Shown here in pieces: positions 19,585-29,920 of a stretch of DNA of 64,000 nucleotides. Below the pieces are notes generated by a model. That model was given only the letters and a program-made list of their open reading frames with translations. It ran no database searches and was not told the DNA's origin. Every line of letters starts with the position of its first letter. Position 1 is the first letter of the stretch. A program made the position numbers and the translations under genes. The stretch is from an uncultured Chlamydiae bacterium (GTDB lineage Bacteria > Chlamydiota > Chlamydiia > Chlamydiales > JAJFMA01): the NCBI GenBank assembly GCA_963713615.1, contig CAVQMM010000001.1, positions 544,001 through 608,000 of the forward strand, written 5' to 3'.

Positions 19585-20253
19585 TCAATAGGTTCCCTGA
19601 TATTGAGTAAGTCCACGTTTGCGCAGATGACATGCAGGACAGTCACCACACCCCTCTTTAGGTACTCCAGCATAACAAGTCAAGGTTTCTTTAAGGAGGT
19701 ACTCCAGCACACCAAGGTCCTTCGCTACTTGTAAACTTTCTGCCTTCGACATAAACACAAGTGGTGTTCGAACAACGAAAAATGGATTGTCGAGGTCAAT
19801 ACGCAGGATCTGCTCTTTGAGGTTCATATAGGCACGAGAGCAATCTCTATAACCAGAATTGCCGTCCACACTTTCAAGGACGCCAATCCACACTTGATCG
19901 GCCCCAATCTTGTCGCCATAGATGGCTGCTAGGCGAACAAAGAGGCCATTACGTCCTAGCACAAGTGTGGTAGGAGATTCACCAACTTCTCTTTGCATTG
20001 GCAAACTCGCATCCATGAGAGCATTAGTGGTAATGTGTCGCATGGCATCAATGTCAACAATTTTTTGCTCTATACCCCATGCTTTGCAAATACGTGTGGC
20101 GCATCCAATTTCATTGGAATGTCGTTGTCCGTACCAAAAGGCTAAAGCGGTGACGTTATTCCTGCCCAACTCTTCAATGGCTAAGCGTAAGGTGATAGAG
20201 GAATCCATGCCTCCAGAATGCAATACGACTGCTTTTGTTGGCTTTGAGGTCAT
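19585..20253 (-). CDS. queC: 7-cyano-7-deazaguanine synthase
   Basis: SGGMDS, YGQRH, GYRDC and TCY..GCGDCPAC. Confidence 0.95.
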   Translation of the reverse strand: MTSKPTKAVVLHSGGMDSSITLRLAIEELGRNNVTALAFWYGQRHSNEIGCATRICKAWGIEQKIVDIDAMRHITTNALMDASLPMQREVGESPTTLVLGRNGLFVRLAAIYGDKIGADQVWIGVLESVDGNSGYRDCSRAYMNLKEQILRIDLDNPFFVVRTPLVFMSKAESLQVAKDLGVLEYLLKETLTCYAGVPKEGCGDCPACHLRKRGLTQYQGTY

Positions 20254-20255
20254 GA

Positions 20256-22181
20256 CTATACAAATTGTTCAACGGGTTCAGGGCGGTGACGCGCTTCCCA
20301 TAGTGCTCTGAATGGAGCACAGTTGGCCAGCAGCTCTTGTTTGGAGCCTTCAGCAAGTTTGATGCCTTCATCGATATAGATAATCCGGTCAGCATCTTCG
20401 ATTGTTGAAAGACGATGGGCAATAATGATTTGGGTTACTTGCCCTTTCAGACCTTCTAAAGCTTGTTTAATGCGTATTTCACTCATATTGTCGAGCGATG
20501 AGGTAGCCTCATCAAGGATGAGAATAGGTGCATTCTTTACCAGGGCTCGAGCAATAGCAAGGCGTTGCTGCTGGCCGCCAGATAGGTTTTTGCCAGCTTC
20601 AGCAAGAAACGTTTCATAGCCCTCAGGTAGCTTCTGAATAAATTCATCTGCATAGGCGCGTTTAGCCGCACGCATCACTTTTTCCATCCCAAAGGGTCGG
20701 CCAAAGGAAATGTTTTCAGCAACCGTATCCATAAATAGGAAGGGTTTTTGAGGAACAAAGGCTATGGCATCGCGTAGAGAACGCTGTGTGAACTCCCGCA
20801 CGGGTTTCCCATCAATACGGACGGATCCTTTCTGTGGGTCATATAGGCGGGGGAGTAGCTGAACAATAGTCGACTTGCCGGCTCCTGTTGGTCCCACCAG
20901 AGCGACAGTTTCGCCTTTTCGAACTTTAAAGCTGAGGCCGCGAAGGACCCAACGATCGGCATATTTGAACCAAACATTTTCAAACTCTATCGAGTCTTCA
21001 AATGATCCAAAAGCCAAAGCATTTGGCTCATCTTGAATCTGTGGGGTGATATTCATCACTTCATGCATACGTTCAGCAGCTGCAACACCGCGTTGTATTT
21101 GGTTGTTTTCTTCGGCAAATTTTTTCACAGGTTCATAGAGGAGGTACAGCAGTGCGCAATAGAGCAAGATTGCGGTGAAATCCATTTGCAAAACGTGAAG
21201 ACCATACAGCATGACGGTAGCGATACACATGACGGCGATGGTGTGGACGATGGGTCTAGACGAGAGGTCATAGGTAGCGCCCTTTTGCTCTAGCCTGGCA
21301 AGCATCTGGTTCTGCTCTCGATATTTTTTGAGAGAGAAGTCTTCCATAGCAAAGACTTTGACGGTCTGAATGCCTGCGAAGAAATCGACGAGCACAGAAC
21401 CAAAGCGTTCTTGATTTTTTTGAATCTGTCGGGAGATTTTTTTCACCTGACGTGCGATGAGAAAAATGGGGACTGCGATGAGAGGTAAGCCAAGAAACAC
21501 GAGTAGGGTGAGTTGCCACGAAGCTAAGAAGCACCACAGAAGAGTTGTGAGGATGACAAAAGGCGATTGAAAGTAATTGATGAGTGTGGCGGTGAGAGCT
21601 TCGGCGATCACGCCAGCATCCCCAACGGCGCGTGCGGAAAGGCCGCCGATATCATGGCGTTGATAGAATTCCATGGGGAGCATTTGTAGGTGCTCGAAGT
21701 AGTTTTGTCGTAGGTCACGACTGACGCGAATGGCTACAAGTCGGGTTGTGAAGCGATGTGCGAATTGAGAGATGGCTTTCAGCAGGGCTATTGTCATTAA
21801 GAAGATAGCCAGATAGCCGATTCCTTGTTCAAAATGAAACCAGCTATTAGCATACTCGATAGCGGCATCGACCCTGTCGCTACCATGTTGCCGCATGAAG
21901 TTAGCAACTTCATCGATAGAGACTACATTGGTATGGTTGGGATCAAGGTCATTCCAGCGCGAATCCAAGACGTCTCTGGTAATAGTCTTTTTAGTAACGA
22001 CTTTGCCATTTTCCATTGGGGCGAAAAGCTCGAAGGCATCGGGACCCTTCTTGGTAATAATGGCGAGGGCTAGTGTTTCGAGCTGTGCTGCAAAAGTAAA
22101 CACGATCATCGACACGATGGTGACAAAGAGGAGAGCCAGGTGCCGGCGATTTTGAAGGGCGGCTTTTAGAAGGAGTCTCAT
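20256..22181 (-). CDS. msbA: MsbA-like ABC exporter
   Basis: TMD plus NBD (GPTGAGKS, LSGGQQQR, LDEATS). Lies next to accA as in Chlamydiae. Confidence 0.8.
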   Translation of the reverse strand: MRLLLKAALQNRRHLALLFVTIVSMIVFTFAAQLETLALAIITKKGPDAFELFAPMENGKVVTKKTITRDVLDSRWNDLDPNHTNVVSIDEVANFMRQHGSDRVDAAIEYANSWFHFEQGIGYLAIFLMTIALLKAISQFAHRFTTRLVAIRVSRDLRQNYFEHLQMLPMEFYQRHDIGGLSARAVGDAGVIAEALTATLINYFQSPFVILTTLLWCFLASWQLTLLVFLGLPLIAVPIFLIARQVKKISRQIQKNQERFGSVLVDFFAGIQTVKVFAMEDFSLKKYREQNQMLARLEQKGATYDLSSRPIVHTIAVMCIATVMLYGLHVLQMDFTAILLYCALLYLLYEPVKKFAEENNQIQRGVAAAERMHEVMNITPQIQDEPNALAFGSFEDSIEFENVWFKYADRWVLRGLSFKVRKGETVALVGPTGAGKSTIVQLLPRLYDPQKGSVRIDGKPVREFTQRSLRDAIAFVPQKPFLFMDTVAENISFGRPFGMEKVMRAAKRAYADEFIQKLPEGYETFLAEAGKNLSGGQQQRLAIARALVKNAPILILDEATSSLDNMSEIRIKQALEGLKGQVTQIIIAHRLSTIEDADRIIYIDEGIKLAEGSKQELLANCAPFRALWEARHRPEPVEQFV

Positions 22182-22226
22182 GAGTATCGTATCGGGTAAA
22201 GGATTCAGATGCGGAGTGTTACGATA

Positions 22227-23201
22227 TCACGTTGGAGAATTTTTTGGTCGGAAATTGACTTGGAAGGCGCCCATGCGGCGGAATTTGAGATAGCGACGTT
22301 CTAACAAGATTTCTTGGGGGAGGTCTTTAAGGATGTCCCACTGTTCTAGAATGAACTGTTTTACGTTACTTAGGGTGGTTTGGGGGTCGTGGTGAGCGCC
22401 ACCAAGGGGTTCCTTGATGATTGCGTCGATGATTTCAAGCTGCAAGAGGTCTTCAGCTGTCAGTTTGAGTGCTGAGGCCGCAATATTCTTTTTATTGGGG
22501 TCCTTGTAGAGAATGGAAGCACAAGATTCTGGTGAAATGACTGAGTAGTAGGCATGTTCCAACATAGCAACGACATCGCCAATAGCGATGCCTATGGCGC
22601 CGCCGGAACATCCTTCGCCAATCACGACGACGATAATAGGTGTCTTCAAGCTAGACATTTCACGAAGATTTTGGGCAATAACCCACGAGATGCCACGTTG
22701 CTCCGCTTCCAGGACGGCATGAGCTCCAGGGGTATCCACTAAAGAGATCACTGGAAGACCAAATTTTTCGGCTAATTTCATGAGGCGTAGAGCTTTGCGG
22801 AATCCTTCTGGCTTGACCATTCCAAAATTACGCTGGAGGCGTGTTTCGGTGTCATAGCCTTTTTCTTGGCCAATAATGACACAGAGTAGGTGGCCAATAC
22901 GCGCAAACCCACCTATTAGAGAAGGGTCTTCGCCGTAGGTTCGGTCTCCACATAGCTCTACGAACTCATCACACATTTCCGTGACGTAATTGATCGTGTG
23001 AGGCCGCGAAGAATGGCGACAGATTTGAACACGTTCCCAAGGAGAGAGGGCTCCATAAACCTTTTCTTTAAGCTTGGCGAGCTTGGACTCCAGCGTGTGA
23101 ATTTCCTTGGAGAAAAGAGGGTCATCCTTGTTTTGTTTTTTTAGCCTTTCCAGGGTTTTAATATATTCCTGAATTGGCTTTTCGTGTGGTAGAGTGTCCA
23201 A
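22227..23201 (-). CDS. accA: Acetyl-CoA carboxylase carboxyltransferase alpha subunit
   Basis: [38 protein letters not shown]. Confidence 0.97.
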   Translation of the reverse strand: MDTLPHEKPIQEYIKTLERLKKQNKDDPLFSKEIHTLESKLAKLKEKVYGALSPWERVQICRHSSRPHTINYVTEMCDEFVELCGDRTYGEDPSLIGGFARIGHLLCVIIGQEKGYDTETRLQRNFGMVKPEGFRKALRLMKLAEKFGLPVISLVDTPGAHAVLEAEQRGISWVIAQNLREMSSLKTPIIVVVIGEGCSGGAIGIAIGDVVAMLEHAYYSVISPESCASILYKDPNKKNIAASALKLTAEDLLQLEIIDAIIKEPLGGAHHDPQTTLSNVKQFILEQWDILKDLPQEILLERRYLKFRRMGAFQVNFRPKNSPT

Positions 23202-23221
23202 GGTATCACCTCTTGTGCTGT

Positions 23222-24265
23222 TTAGTTGCGCTGAGCCACTTCTTTGCCCGGAGGGGTGGCTTCATAGAAATTACGCACCAACTCTACAGTTGTTGGTCGA
23301 GATATGATTATCGAGAACAATTCTTCAATATCAGCCGTTGCCATGCGGATGCAGCCATCACTAAGATGCTTGCCAAGACCATTTGTATTGTTGGTATCCT
23401 CACGCCATTGGCTGCTTTTTGGGTCGATGACCCAAGGAACACCATGGATGCCCAAGCCTTTGGCGGGCTCGGTGCAGTCGGCAATTTCCTGTTCAAAGGG
23501 TACCCAACGAGTGCCGAAGACGGATATTAGCTCTACCTTTTCGCCATTATGAAAGCCCTTCATATTGGGGCGGTAGGTTGCGATGCGATCGCCAAGGGAA
23601 TATTTACCAAGGGGAGTAAGAAAACCAGAGGCTCGCGAGGAGTCAATACGGCCGAGGCCTACATTGTAGGTTTTGACCAGTACACGTTCTTTGGCATCGC
23701 GATCGATGTAGTAGAAAAGGAGCTTGCATCGATGAATGTCGACTACGAGATAGAACTCAAAATTCTTATCAGGGGTAAGCACATTGAAACGGTCACCTTC
23801 AGAGATGTCCTGCTTGAGGTAATCGGGTTTGCCATTGAGGCTTCGAGCTATGAAGTGTCGTGAAGTGCGGTAATGGGAGGCATAGTCGGAAAGCCATGCC
23901 GGGCGACCTTTGAGCCAAGGTACTTTGCTGTGGTAAACGATTGTTTCAATGATGGGGAGTTGAGGTGAGCCTTTATTAAAAAATTCGCCGATGCGGTCAA
24001 CTTGAGGTACTTGCCTTTCGCTTTCCGTTGCACGCGGTGGTGTGTGTACTTCTGAGGTTGCAACGACAACTGGACGAGGTAATTTCTCCACAGGAGGTGT
24101 GGGTGTGACTACGCGCACTTCGCCTCCGACTGGAATAGCTACAGACCCAGAGGAGACTGTTGTCGATGGAGAATTTGACGAAGTGTCTCCCTTGAAGAAG
24201 GAGATCAGCCCAATAGTTCCAAAAAGCAACCCGGCAAAGATAAGCAGCAATCGAGGCAAAGACAT
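23222..24265 (-). CDS. L,D-transpeptidase (YkuD) family protein with an N-terminal anchor
   Basis: GLGIHG...SDGCIRM catalytic motif. Confidence 0.85.
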   Translation of the reverse strand: MSLPRLLLIFAGLLFGTIGLISFFKGDTSSNSPSTTVSSGSVAIPVGGEVRVVTPTPPVEKLPRPVVVATSEVHTPPRATESERQVPQVDRIGEFFNKGSPQLPIIETIVYHSKVPWLKGRPAWLSDYASHYRTSRHFIARSLNGKPDYLKQDISEGDRFNVLTPDKNFEFYLVVDIHRCKLLFYYIDRDAKERVLVKTYNVGLGRIDSSRASGFLTPLGKYSLGDRIATYRPNMKGFHNGEKVELISVFGTRWVPFEQEIADCTEPAKGLGIHGVPWVIDPKSSQWREDTNNTNGLGKHLSDGCIRMATADIEELFSIIISRPTTVELVRNFYEATPPGKEVAQRN

Positions 24266-24560
24266 AGTCCATCCTTGTTCATAAGGTGTGACACGAGCCA
24301 CGATCATAAGGACTGTGGACTATTTTGCCAAGAGGGTTATACCATGCGCGCTTGGGTTTTATGTGAGGCGGTCATTCATGGGCGTGTGAAATCAACAGAA
24401 TTTGTTTCGACCGTCCTCGCAGTCATGGAATGCATAGTGTTGCACACATCTTTTTCCAGACAGCGGCACGTATCCGAAATAGCGTTTATCCGAATGAATG
24501 TAAGGATTTAAATGTTAGCTAAATAACATGAGTGAAGCTGTACGCATCGACCTTAAGCCC

Positions 24561-24670
24561 TCACAATCGTTACTCGGCGCGCAGCGCGAGTGCGGTCGCA
24601 AGCGACCGCATTCCAATGCGCTGCGCGCCGATTAACGCCATGCATGGATTGGCTGCGGCACATAGGAAAT
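24561..24670. repeat. REP-like hairpin of the same family as the MITE core
   Basis: tcggcgcgcagcgc..tgcggtcgcaagcgaccgca..gcgctgcgcgccga followed by ctgcggcacataggaa. Confidence 0.75.
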
Positions 24671-24763
24671 CGCTACAATAAGATGAGGGCGACATCGACT
24701 AGAGTCTTCGATGTCGCTCCTCCCAAGAAGTGCATATCGGCTCCGTCAGGAAACATGCCTAAA

Positions 24764-25090
24764 TTAGGAATCTTCCCGCGCATTAGCAGCTTCGATCAGT
24801 TTGCGCATGCGTTTACCCGGAGTGAATTTCACAGCTTGACGGGCAGGGATTACAATGGGGACTGCTGCATTTTTGGGGTTACGTCCAATTTTGCGCTTTC
24901 TAATTACAACTTCAAAAACGCCAAAATCACGAAACTCCAATCGCTCTCCCTCGGATAGGCAGTGAGTCATCTGATCAAGGAAGGCCTGGATGACGTGTCG
25001 CACATCATTAGGGTGAATGCCTTTTTCCTGCGATATAGAGGAAATTAGCTTTTTTTTGGTCATCGTCTTCTTCTTTGTCAAGGTTGACAT
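24764..25090 (-). CDS. ihfA: Integration host factor/HU family DNA-binding protein
   Basis: LEFRDFGVFEV..KIGRNPK..VKFTPGK. Confidence 0.9.
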   Translation of the reverse strand: MSTLTKKKTMTKKKLISSISQEKGIHPNDVRHVIQAFLDQMTHCLSEGERLEFRDFGVFEVVIRKRKIGRNPKNAAVPIVIPARQAVKFTPGKRMRKLIEAANAREDS

Positions 25091-25370
25091 AAGCTCGGTA
25101 CTCCTTGGGTTAAATTGGGGGGTGGGGGTGTTAGGAAAACAGTGAACATTGTCGTATCCTACTCATTTTCAGGCAAGTGTTTTCCCACTCGGGATAGGTC
25201 TTGCTCGTCATTCTCGATAGCACAGGTCTAATGGAATTGGGGGTGACTGTCGAGTTGTCATTAGTCGAGTTACTTACCATCATAGACATAGCGATTTAGG
25301 TTTCAACAATATTTTTTACAGATGATTCTGAGTAGGAGACAAAAAATCTTATGTTGCTGAGGGTAAGGGG

Positions 25371-26645
25371 TCATGCGTCTAGGCGCACAAGAAGCTTATT
25401 CTTCTTCCCGGTAGCCAGCAGCAGCAGTTTACCTTCAATAAGTTGCTGTTCGCCTATGGTGTAGTCGATATTCTCAACTTTAACATTGTTGACATAGGCG
25501 CCACCGCTCTCAATAAGGCGTCTAGCTTGTCCTTTGCTGGTTTGTAAGCCAGTATGAACGAGTAGGTCGATTAATTTGGTATTCACAACTTCATTTCGAT
25601 TGAGTTGACGACTGGGCATATCGTGCGCTAAAGCTTCGAGGGTTATGGCATCCAAGGCTGTATCAGAGCCGGGGGTGACCCCTTTTGTTACGGCCAGAGC
25701 TGTTTGTAGGCCTTGCTCACCGTGGACGATGCGGGTGACTTCTTCAGCCAAACGCTTTTGGATTGTGTTTGGAATATAGTCACTTTTTTTCATCAGGTCT
25801 TCATATTCGCGGATTTCCTTCATATCCAAGAAGGTGAGCATGCATAGGAGGCGGATGACATCGGCATCAGGCATTCTGAAAAGGTGCTGATAGAATTCAA
25901 ATGGTGAGAGGCGCTCTGGTGATAGCCAGATAGCTCCTTTTTCAGATTTTCCAAACTTCTTTCCATCGCTACGGGTGATTAGCGGGAAAGTAATCCCGTA
26001 TGCTGGTTTGTCAGAAACTTTTCTGATGAGGTCAGTGCCAGCGGTGATATTGCCCCACTGGTCGCTACCACCAATTTGTACCTCTACGCCGTGGTTTTGA
26101 AGAAGATAGAGAAAGTCATATCCTTGCAAAACTTGGTAGCTGAATTCGGTAAAACTCATGCCTTCTTCAGACTGAAGTCTGGTTTTTACTGAATCTTTGG
26201 CGAGCATGGGGCCGATGCGGAAATGCCTTCCGATATCGCTCAAAAAGCGAATAAAGGAGTAGTCTTTGTACCAGTCAAAGTTGTTCAGTAGAATTGCTGC
26301 ATTGGTAGGAGAGTTAAAGTCCAATATGGTTTCCAAGTCCCTTTGGATACCTTCGAGGTTGCGTTGTAGGGTGTCTTCATCAAGCTGAGGCCTTTCCTGG
26401 CTTTTACCTCCTGGATCGCCGATGAGGCCTGTAGCGCCACCTACAATGGCTACTGGGGTGTGGCCTAAGCGCTGGAACCAGGCCAAACCCATAATACCGA
26501 CTAGGTTTCCGAGGTGCAGGCTATCTGAGGTTGGATCAAAGCCACAGTAGACACGCATAGGTTCATCAGAACGAGCGCGCACATCTTCGCTCGTCATTGC
26601 ATCAATAAAGCCGCGTTCTTGTAGGATATCAATAATGTTGGCCAT
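25371..26645 (-). CDS. tyrS: Tyrosine--tRNA ligase
   Basis: YCGFDPTSDSLHLGN, QIGGSDQWGNI, KFGKS and a C-terminal S4 domain. Confidence 0.98.
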   Translation of the reverse strand: MANIIDILQERGFIDAMTSEDVRARSDEPMRVYCGFDPTSDSLHLGNLVGIMGLAWFQRLGHTPVAIVGGATGLIGDPGGKSQERPQLDEDTLQRNLEGIQRDLETILDFNSPTNAAILLNNFDWYKDYSFIRFLSDIGRHFRIGPMLAKDSVKTRLQSEEGMSFTEFSYQVLQGYDFLYLLQNHGVEVQIGGSDQWGNITAGTDLIRKVSDKPAYGITFPLITRSDGKKFGKSEKGAIWLSPERLSPFEFYQHLFRMPDADVIRLLCMLTFLDMKEIREYEDLMKKSDYIPNTIQKRLAEEVTRIVHGEQGLQTALAVTKGVTPGSDTALDAITLEALAHDMPSRQLNRNEVVNTKLIDLLVHTGLQTSKGQARRLIESGGAYVNNVKVENIDYTIGEQQLIEGKLLLLATGKKNKLLVRLDA

Positions 26646-26710
26646 AAGTCCCTCGAAAATTCGATATAATGGTCAGAGGTATAATCTGTAAGTGGTTTTC
26701 TGTCAACATA

Positions 26711-27466
26711 CTAAAAGGGATTTTCGGAATCCAAGAAGGTCGTTTGGATTTGTAGTTCATCTTGGATATAAGCTGCGATGGCCTTGGGTCCGATTTTCTC
26801 GGTGGCAGCGTGACCGAGGGCGAAGAAGTGAATCCCTTCTTCCATAGCGAGGTTCCATATGGGTTCATCAAAAGAACCAGTGATAAAGGCATCTATCCCT
26901 TGGGCAATGGCTTCTTTGATGGACCAATGTGCGCCACCTGATACCAGAGCGATCTGTGCGATGAGGGGCTTTCCGCCGGGAGCATGGTGAGCGGGATGAT
27001 CATAGTAGGTTTCTAGATGTTTTTTTAGTTCTTCTACCGGAATATTTGGTACCGAGCCCTTAACACCTATTAGAGATCCTTTAAACATTCCAAAGGGTTG
27101 CAGAGACTGCCAGCCCATCTCCTGGGCTGCTTTCCAGTTATTACCGACTTGAACATGAGCATCGAGCGGAACGTGGTATGCAAGGAGACTAATACCATGG
27201 TCCAGAAGGGCTTGTATTTTGCATTTTTTCACCCCTGAGATAACGGGGCTATCACCTTGCCAGAAAATGCCGTGGTGCACCACCAAAGCATCTGCTTCTG
27301 CAGCGATAGCGGCACCAATGATTTCTGATGAGCAGGATACGGCCGTTACGATGCGTTCGATAGTGGGTTTGCCTTCTATCTGCAATCCATTTGGGCAGAC
27401 GTCGGAGAACAGATCGATGGCCAATAGGGTATTCAGGTGTCGACAAAGTTCTTGTAATGTAATCAT
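26711..27466 (-). CDS. Nif3-like dinuclear metal centre protein
   Basis: NGLQIEG, VHHGIFW, YHVPLDAH..GNN, GHAATE. Confidence 0.93.
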   Translation of the reverse strand: MITLQELCRHLNTLLAIDLFSDVCPNGLQIEGKPTIERIVTAVSCSSEIIGAAIAAEADALVVHHGIFWQGDSPVISGVKKCKIQALLDHGISLLAYHVPLDAHVQVGNNWKAAQEMGWQSLQPFGMFKGSLIGVKGSVPNIPVEELKKHLETYYDHPAHHAPGGKPLIAQIALVSGGAHWSIKEAIAQGIDAFITGSFDEPIWNLAMEEGIHFFALGHAATEKIGPKAIAAYIQDELQIQTTFLDSENPF

Positions 27467-27531
27467 GATGAGCTCCAAAATTCGGTTTAGAGGAACTTTA
27501 TACCACAAAACCCTAGTGTAATTGAAGCGAG

Positions 27532-28275
27532 ATGATGGCTAATACTGACGCTATTTCAAAAGAGTCCCACGAAGAGGCTAAAAAAGCTGCCGGTTTTGCT
27601 GCTGTAGAGATGCTCCGGGATGGTATGAGGGTTGGATTGGGCACTGGTTCAACAACACATCATTTCATTCGCCATCTAGGAAAGCGTTGCTTGGAGGGCC
27701 TGAAGGTTAATTGTGTTGCCAGTTCTAAGGCATCCGAGCAATTAGCTGATCAATGCGGCGTTCCAATGTTAGACATGTCCACTGTCATTGCTCTGGATGT
27801 AACGGTGGACGGTGCTGACCAGATCGACGAGAACCGGAACATGATTAAAGGTGGTGGTGGTGCTTTGCTGCGGGAAAAGATTCTAGCGAGCCTGAGTGGG
27901 GAAATGATCGTGATCGTTGATAGCAGCAAGGTTGTAAAGAACTTTGGATCTTTTCCCCTTCCGATTGAAGTGGTCACTTTCGGTTTTGAGGCTATCCTGG
28001 AACGCATTCGGCGACAAGGGTATCTGGTAAACATTCGTCGCAATAAGTCTGGAACGTATTATATTACGGATGGCGGTAACTGCATACTAGATTTGGATTT
28101 GAGGGAGGTGACTACTCCATTAGAACGAATTCATGAGGAACTAAGAAGTATTCCAGGCGTCATAGAGACTGGATTTTTCACTGGACTAGCAGGGCGAGTT
28201 ATTGTTGGCAGTGATGATGGATCAGTGGAAATATGGGATGCGCGGCCGAGGAGGCGAACGTATGCTGATGTTTAA
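27532..28275 (+). CDS. rpiA: Ribose-5-phosphate isomerase A
   Basis: GLGTGST, DGADQID, KGGGGALLREK. Confidence 0.97.
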   Translation: MMANTDAISKESHEEAKKAAGFAAVEMLRDGMRVGLGTGSTTHHFIRHLGKRCLEGLKVNCVASSKASEQLADQCGVPMLDMSTVIALDVTVDGADQIDENRNMIKGGGGALLREKILASLSGEMIVIVDSSKVVKNFGSFPLPIEVVTFGFEAILERIRRQGYLVNIRRNKSGTYYITDGGNCILDLDLREVTTPLERIHEELRSIPGVIETGFFTGLAGRVIVGSDDGSVEIWDARPRRRTYADV

Positions 28276-28681
28276 AGAACTCATTCAGGTTTCATTCGAC
28301 AAGATTGTTCAGACACGTTCTTACACAGTTGTCATCCTCGGAACTGCGCAAAAGCGTTTTGCTATTTATGCGGATTCTTCGGTGGGACGCCGTCTTCAGA
28401 TGCACCTAACCGGCGCTAATAAGCCGAGGCCGCAGACTCATGATCTGATTGTTTCTCTGTTTCAAGGACTGGGTATACGCATCAAACAAGTCGTAATCAA
28501 TGATCTTCAAGATACGATTTATTTTGCTCGGCTTTATCTTGAGCAGCAACGAGGGGATCTGCGGCACATCATCGAAGTTGACGCGCGGCCAAGCGACTGC
28601 ATTACACTTGCTCTAATGAGCAATGCACCGATTTTTTGTACTAAAGAAGTGCTGGAAAAAACGGTGGCCCTGGAGGATTAG
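28262..28681 (+). CDS. Bifunctional nuclease (DUF151) family protein
   Basis: RPQTHDL and DARPSDCITLAL. Confidence 0.9.
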   Translation: MLMFKELIQVSFDKIVQTRSYTVVILGTAQKRFAIYADSSVGRRLQMHLTGANKPRPQTHDLIVSLFQGLGIRIKQVVINDLQDTIYFARLYLEQQRGDLRHIIEVDARPSDCITLALMSNAPIFCTKEVLEKTVALED

Positions 28682-28719
28682 TACCCACTGATGTGGTACT
28701 TCCTCCGAGATCGGCCTCA

Positions 28720-29037
28720 TTAATACTTGATATAAAAGTTATTTCGCGCCAGGTTAACGATTGTAGCAACGGCTTCCTCAGCATCTTCACCTGTGGCCTC
28801 GACACCGATCTTTGCGCCTTTATGAGCCGCCAGCATGAGAATGCCTAGCAGCGATTTGGCGTTTACCTGACAGTTTTGGTACGACAACTTAACATCAGCT
28901 TTAAATGCTGCTGCGCATTTTACCAACTCTGTCGAGGGGCGGGTGTGCAATCCCTTGTCGTTACCAACGACAAACATGCCTTTGGCTTTCGATATTTTAG
29001 CAGATGCCTTGAGGGACGTTCTGACTGCGTCTGACAT
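28720..29037 (-). CDS. ptsH: Phosphocarrier protein HPr
   Basis: GLHTRP and NAKSLLGIL. Confidence 0.95.
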   Translation of the reverse strand: MSDAVRTSLKASAKISKAKGMFVVGNDKGLHTRPSTELVKCAAAFKADVKLSYQNCQVNAKSLLGILMLAAHKGAKIGVEATGEDAEEAVATIVNLARNNFYIKY

Positions 29038-29408
29038 AGGTCCTCTCGCCCGTGAATGGTTCCTAATACAACATCTTACGATTCGCTACGTGATCTTATG
29101 ATCCGGCTACATGCATGCAATGACTTACCGCTGAAAGCGCCCAAATAGAGGCGATGTCCTGCTTGTCATTGCGTTAGATGGCATACCCGCCGCGGCTTTT
29201 CTTCGCAACGTAAATGTTTACCTGGAGCGATGAATTATACCGCGTGCGGTTAGATTTGACGCATTCGACTAACGCGAAAACTCCCGCAGTTGTACGATCG
29301 CAATTGGGTTCATAGTTCTAATATTGAATTACTTGCAATCATTCAAATCCGGGGCTTTGTCGCATACGCATTAAGCTAAGAGAATTAAGAATTTTTACCA
29401 CCGGAGGT

Positions 29409-29827
29409 GCATAGAAGCTCGTGGGGCTTTTTTAGGATTTTCACCGCCGAGACACCGAGATAGGAAAGAGAGGAGAGAGGAAGAGGAAAGAATGTTCAGT
29501 TACTACAGACTCTGGACAAAATCCAGTCTAAGGGTTCTCGCAGGAATACGATTCTGTAGTGCCCTTAGACAGGACTTTGTCCAGAGTTGGTAGTAACTGA
29601 ACAGGTCCTCAAAAAAGTTAGATTGAGCACCTGTGCCATTTGTGTGTCTTTGGGCAAAATGCTGTCTAAGGGCTTTACCAAAACGCTAACCCCTCAAGAG
29701 GCCCTTGGGCAGAATTTTGCCCAAGGACACACAAACGGCACATTCTCTCCTAATCCTCTCTCTCCTATCTCGGTGTCTCGGCGCCTCGGCGGTAAAAATC
29801 CTAAAAAAGCCCCACGAGCTTCTATGC
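29409..29827. repeat. Composite palindromic element: outer inverted repeat enclosing two related hairpin modules
   Basis: Outer arms gcatagaagctcgtggggcttttttaggatttt / aaaatcctaaaaaagccccacgagcttctatgc. Inner hairpins lie at 29493-29603 and 29632-29742. Confidence 0.88.
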
Positions 29828-29920
29828 GCCTGGACTTGCGATTTTGTGAGGTTGTGCGTGGTCCAAATTCCAAATTTGTGATCAAGTGTGGTATAAACCT
29901 ATTTCATAATAGAGCACACA

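Noticed and set aside
29040..29400. Possible ncRNA upstream of ptsH
   Set aside because: The region is long and intergenic, but I could not match it to a known RNA or find convincing structure.
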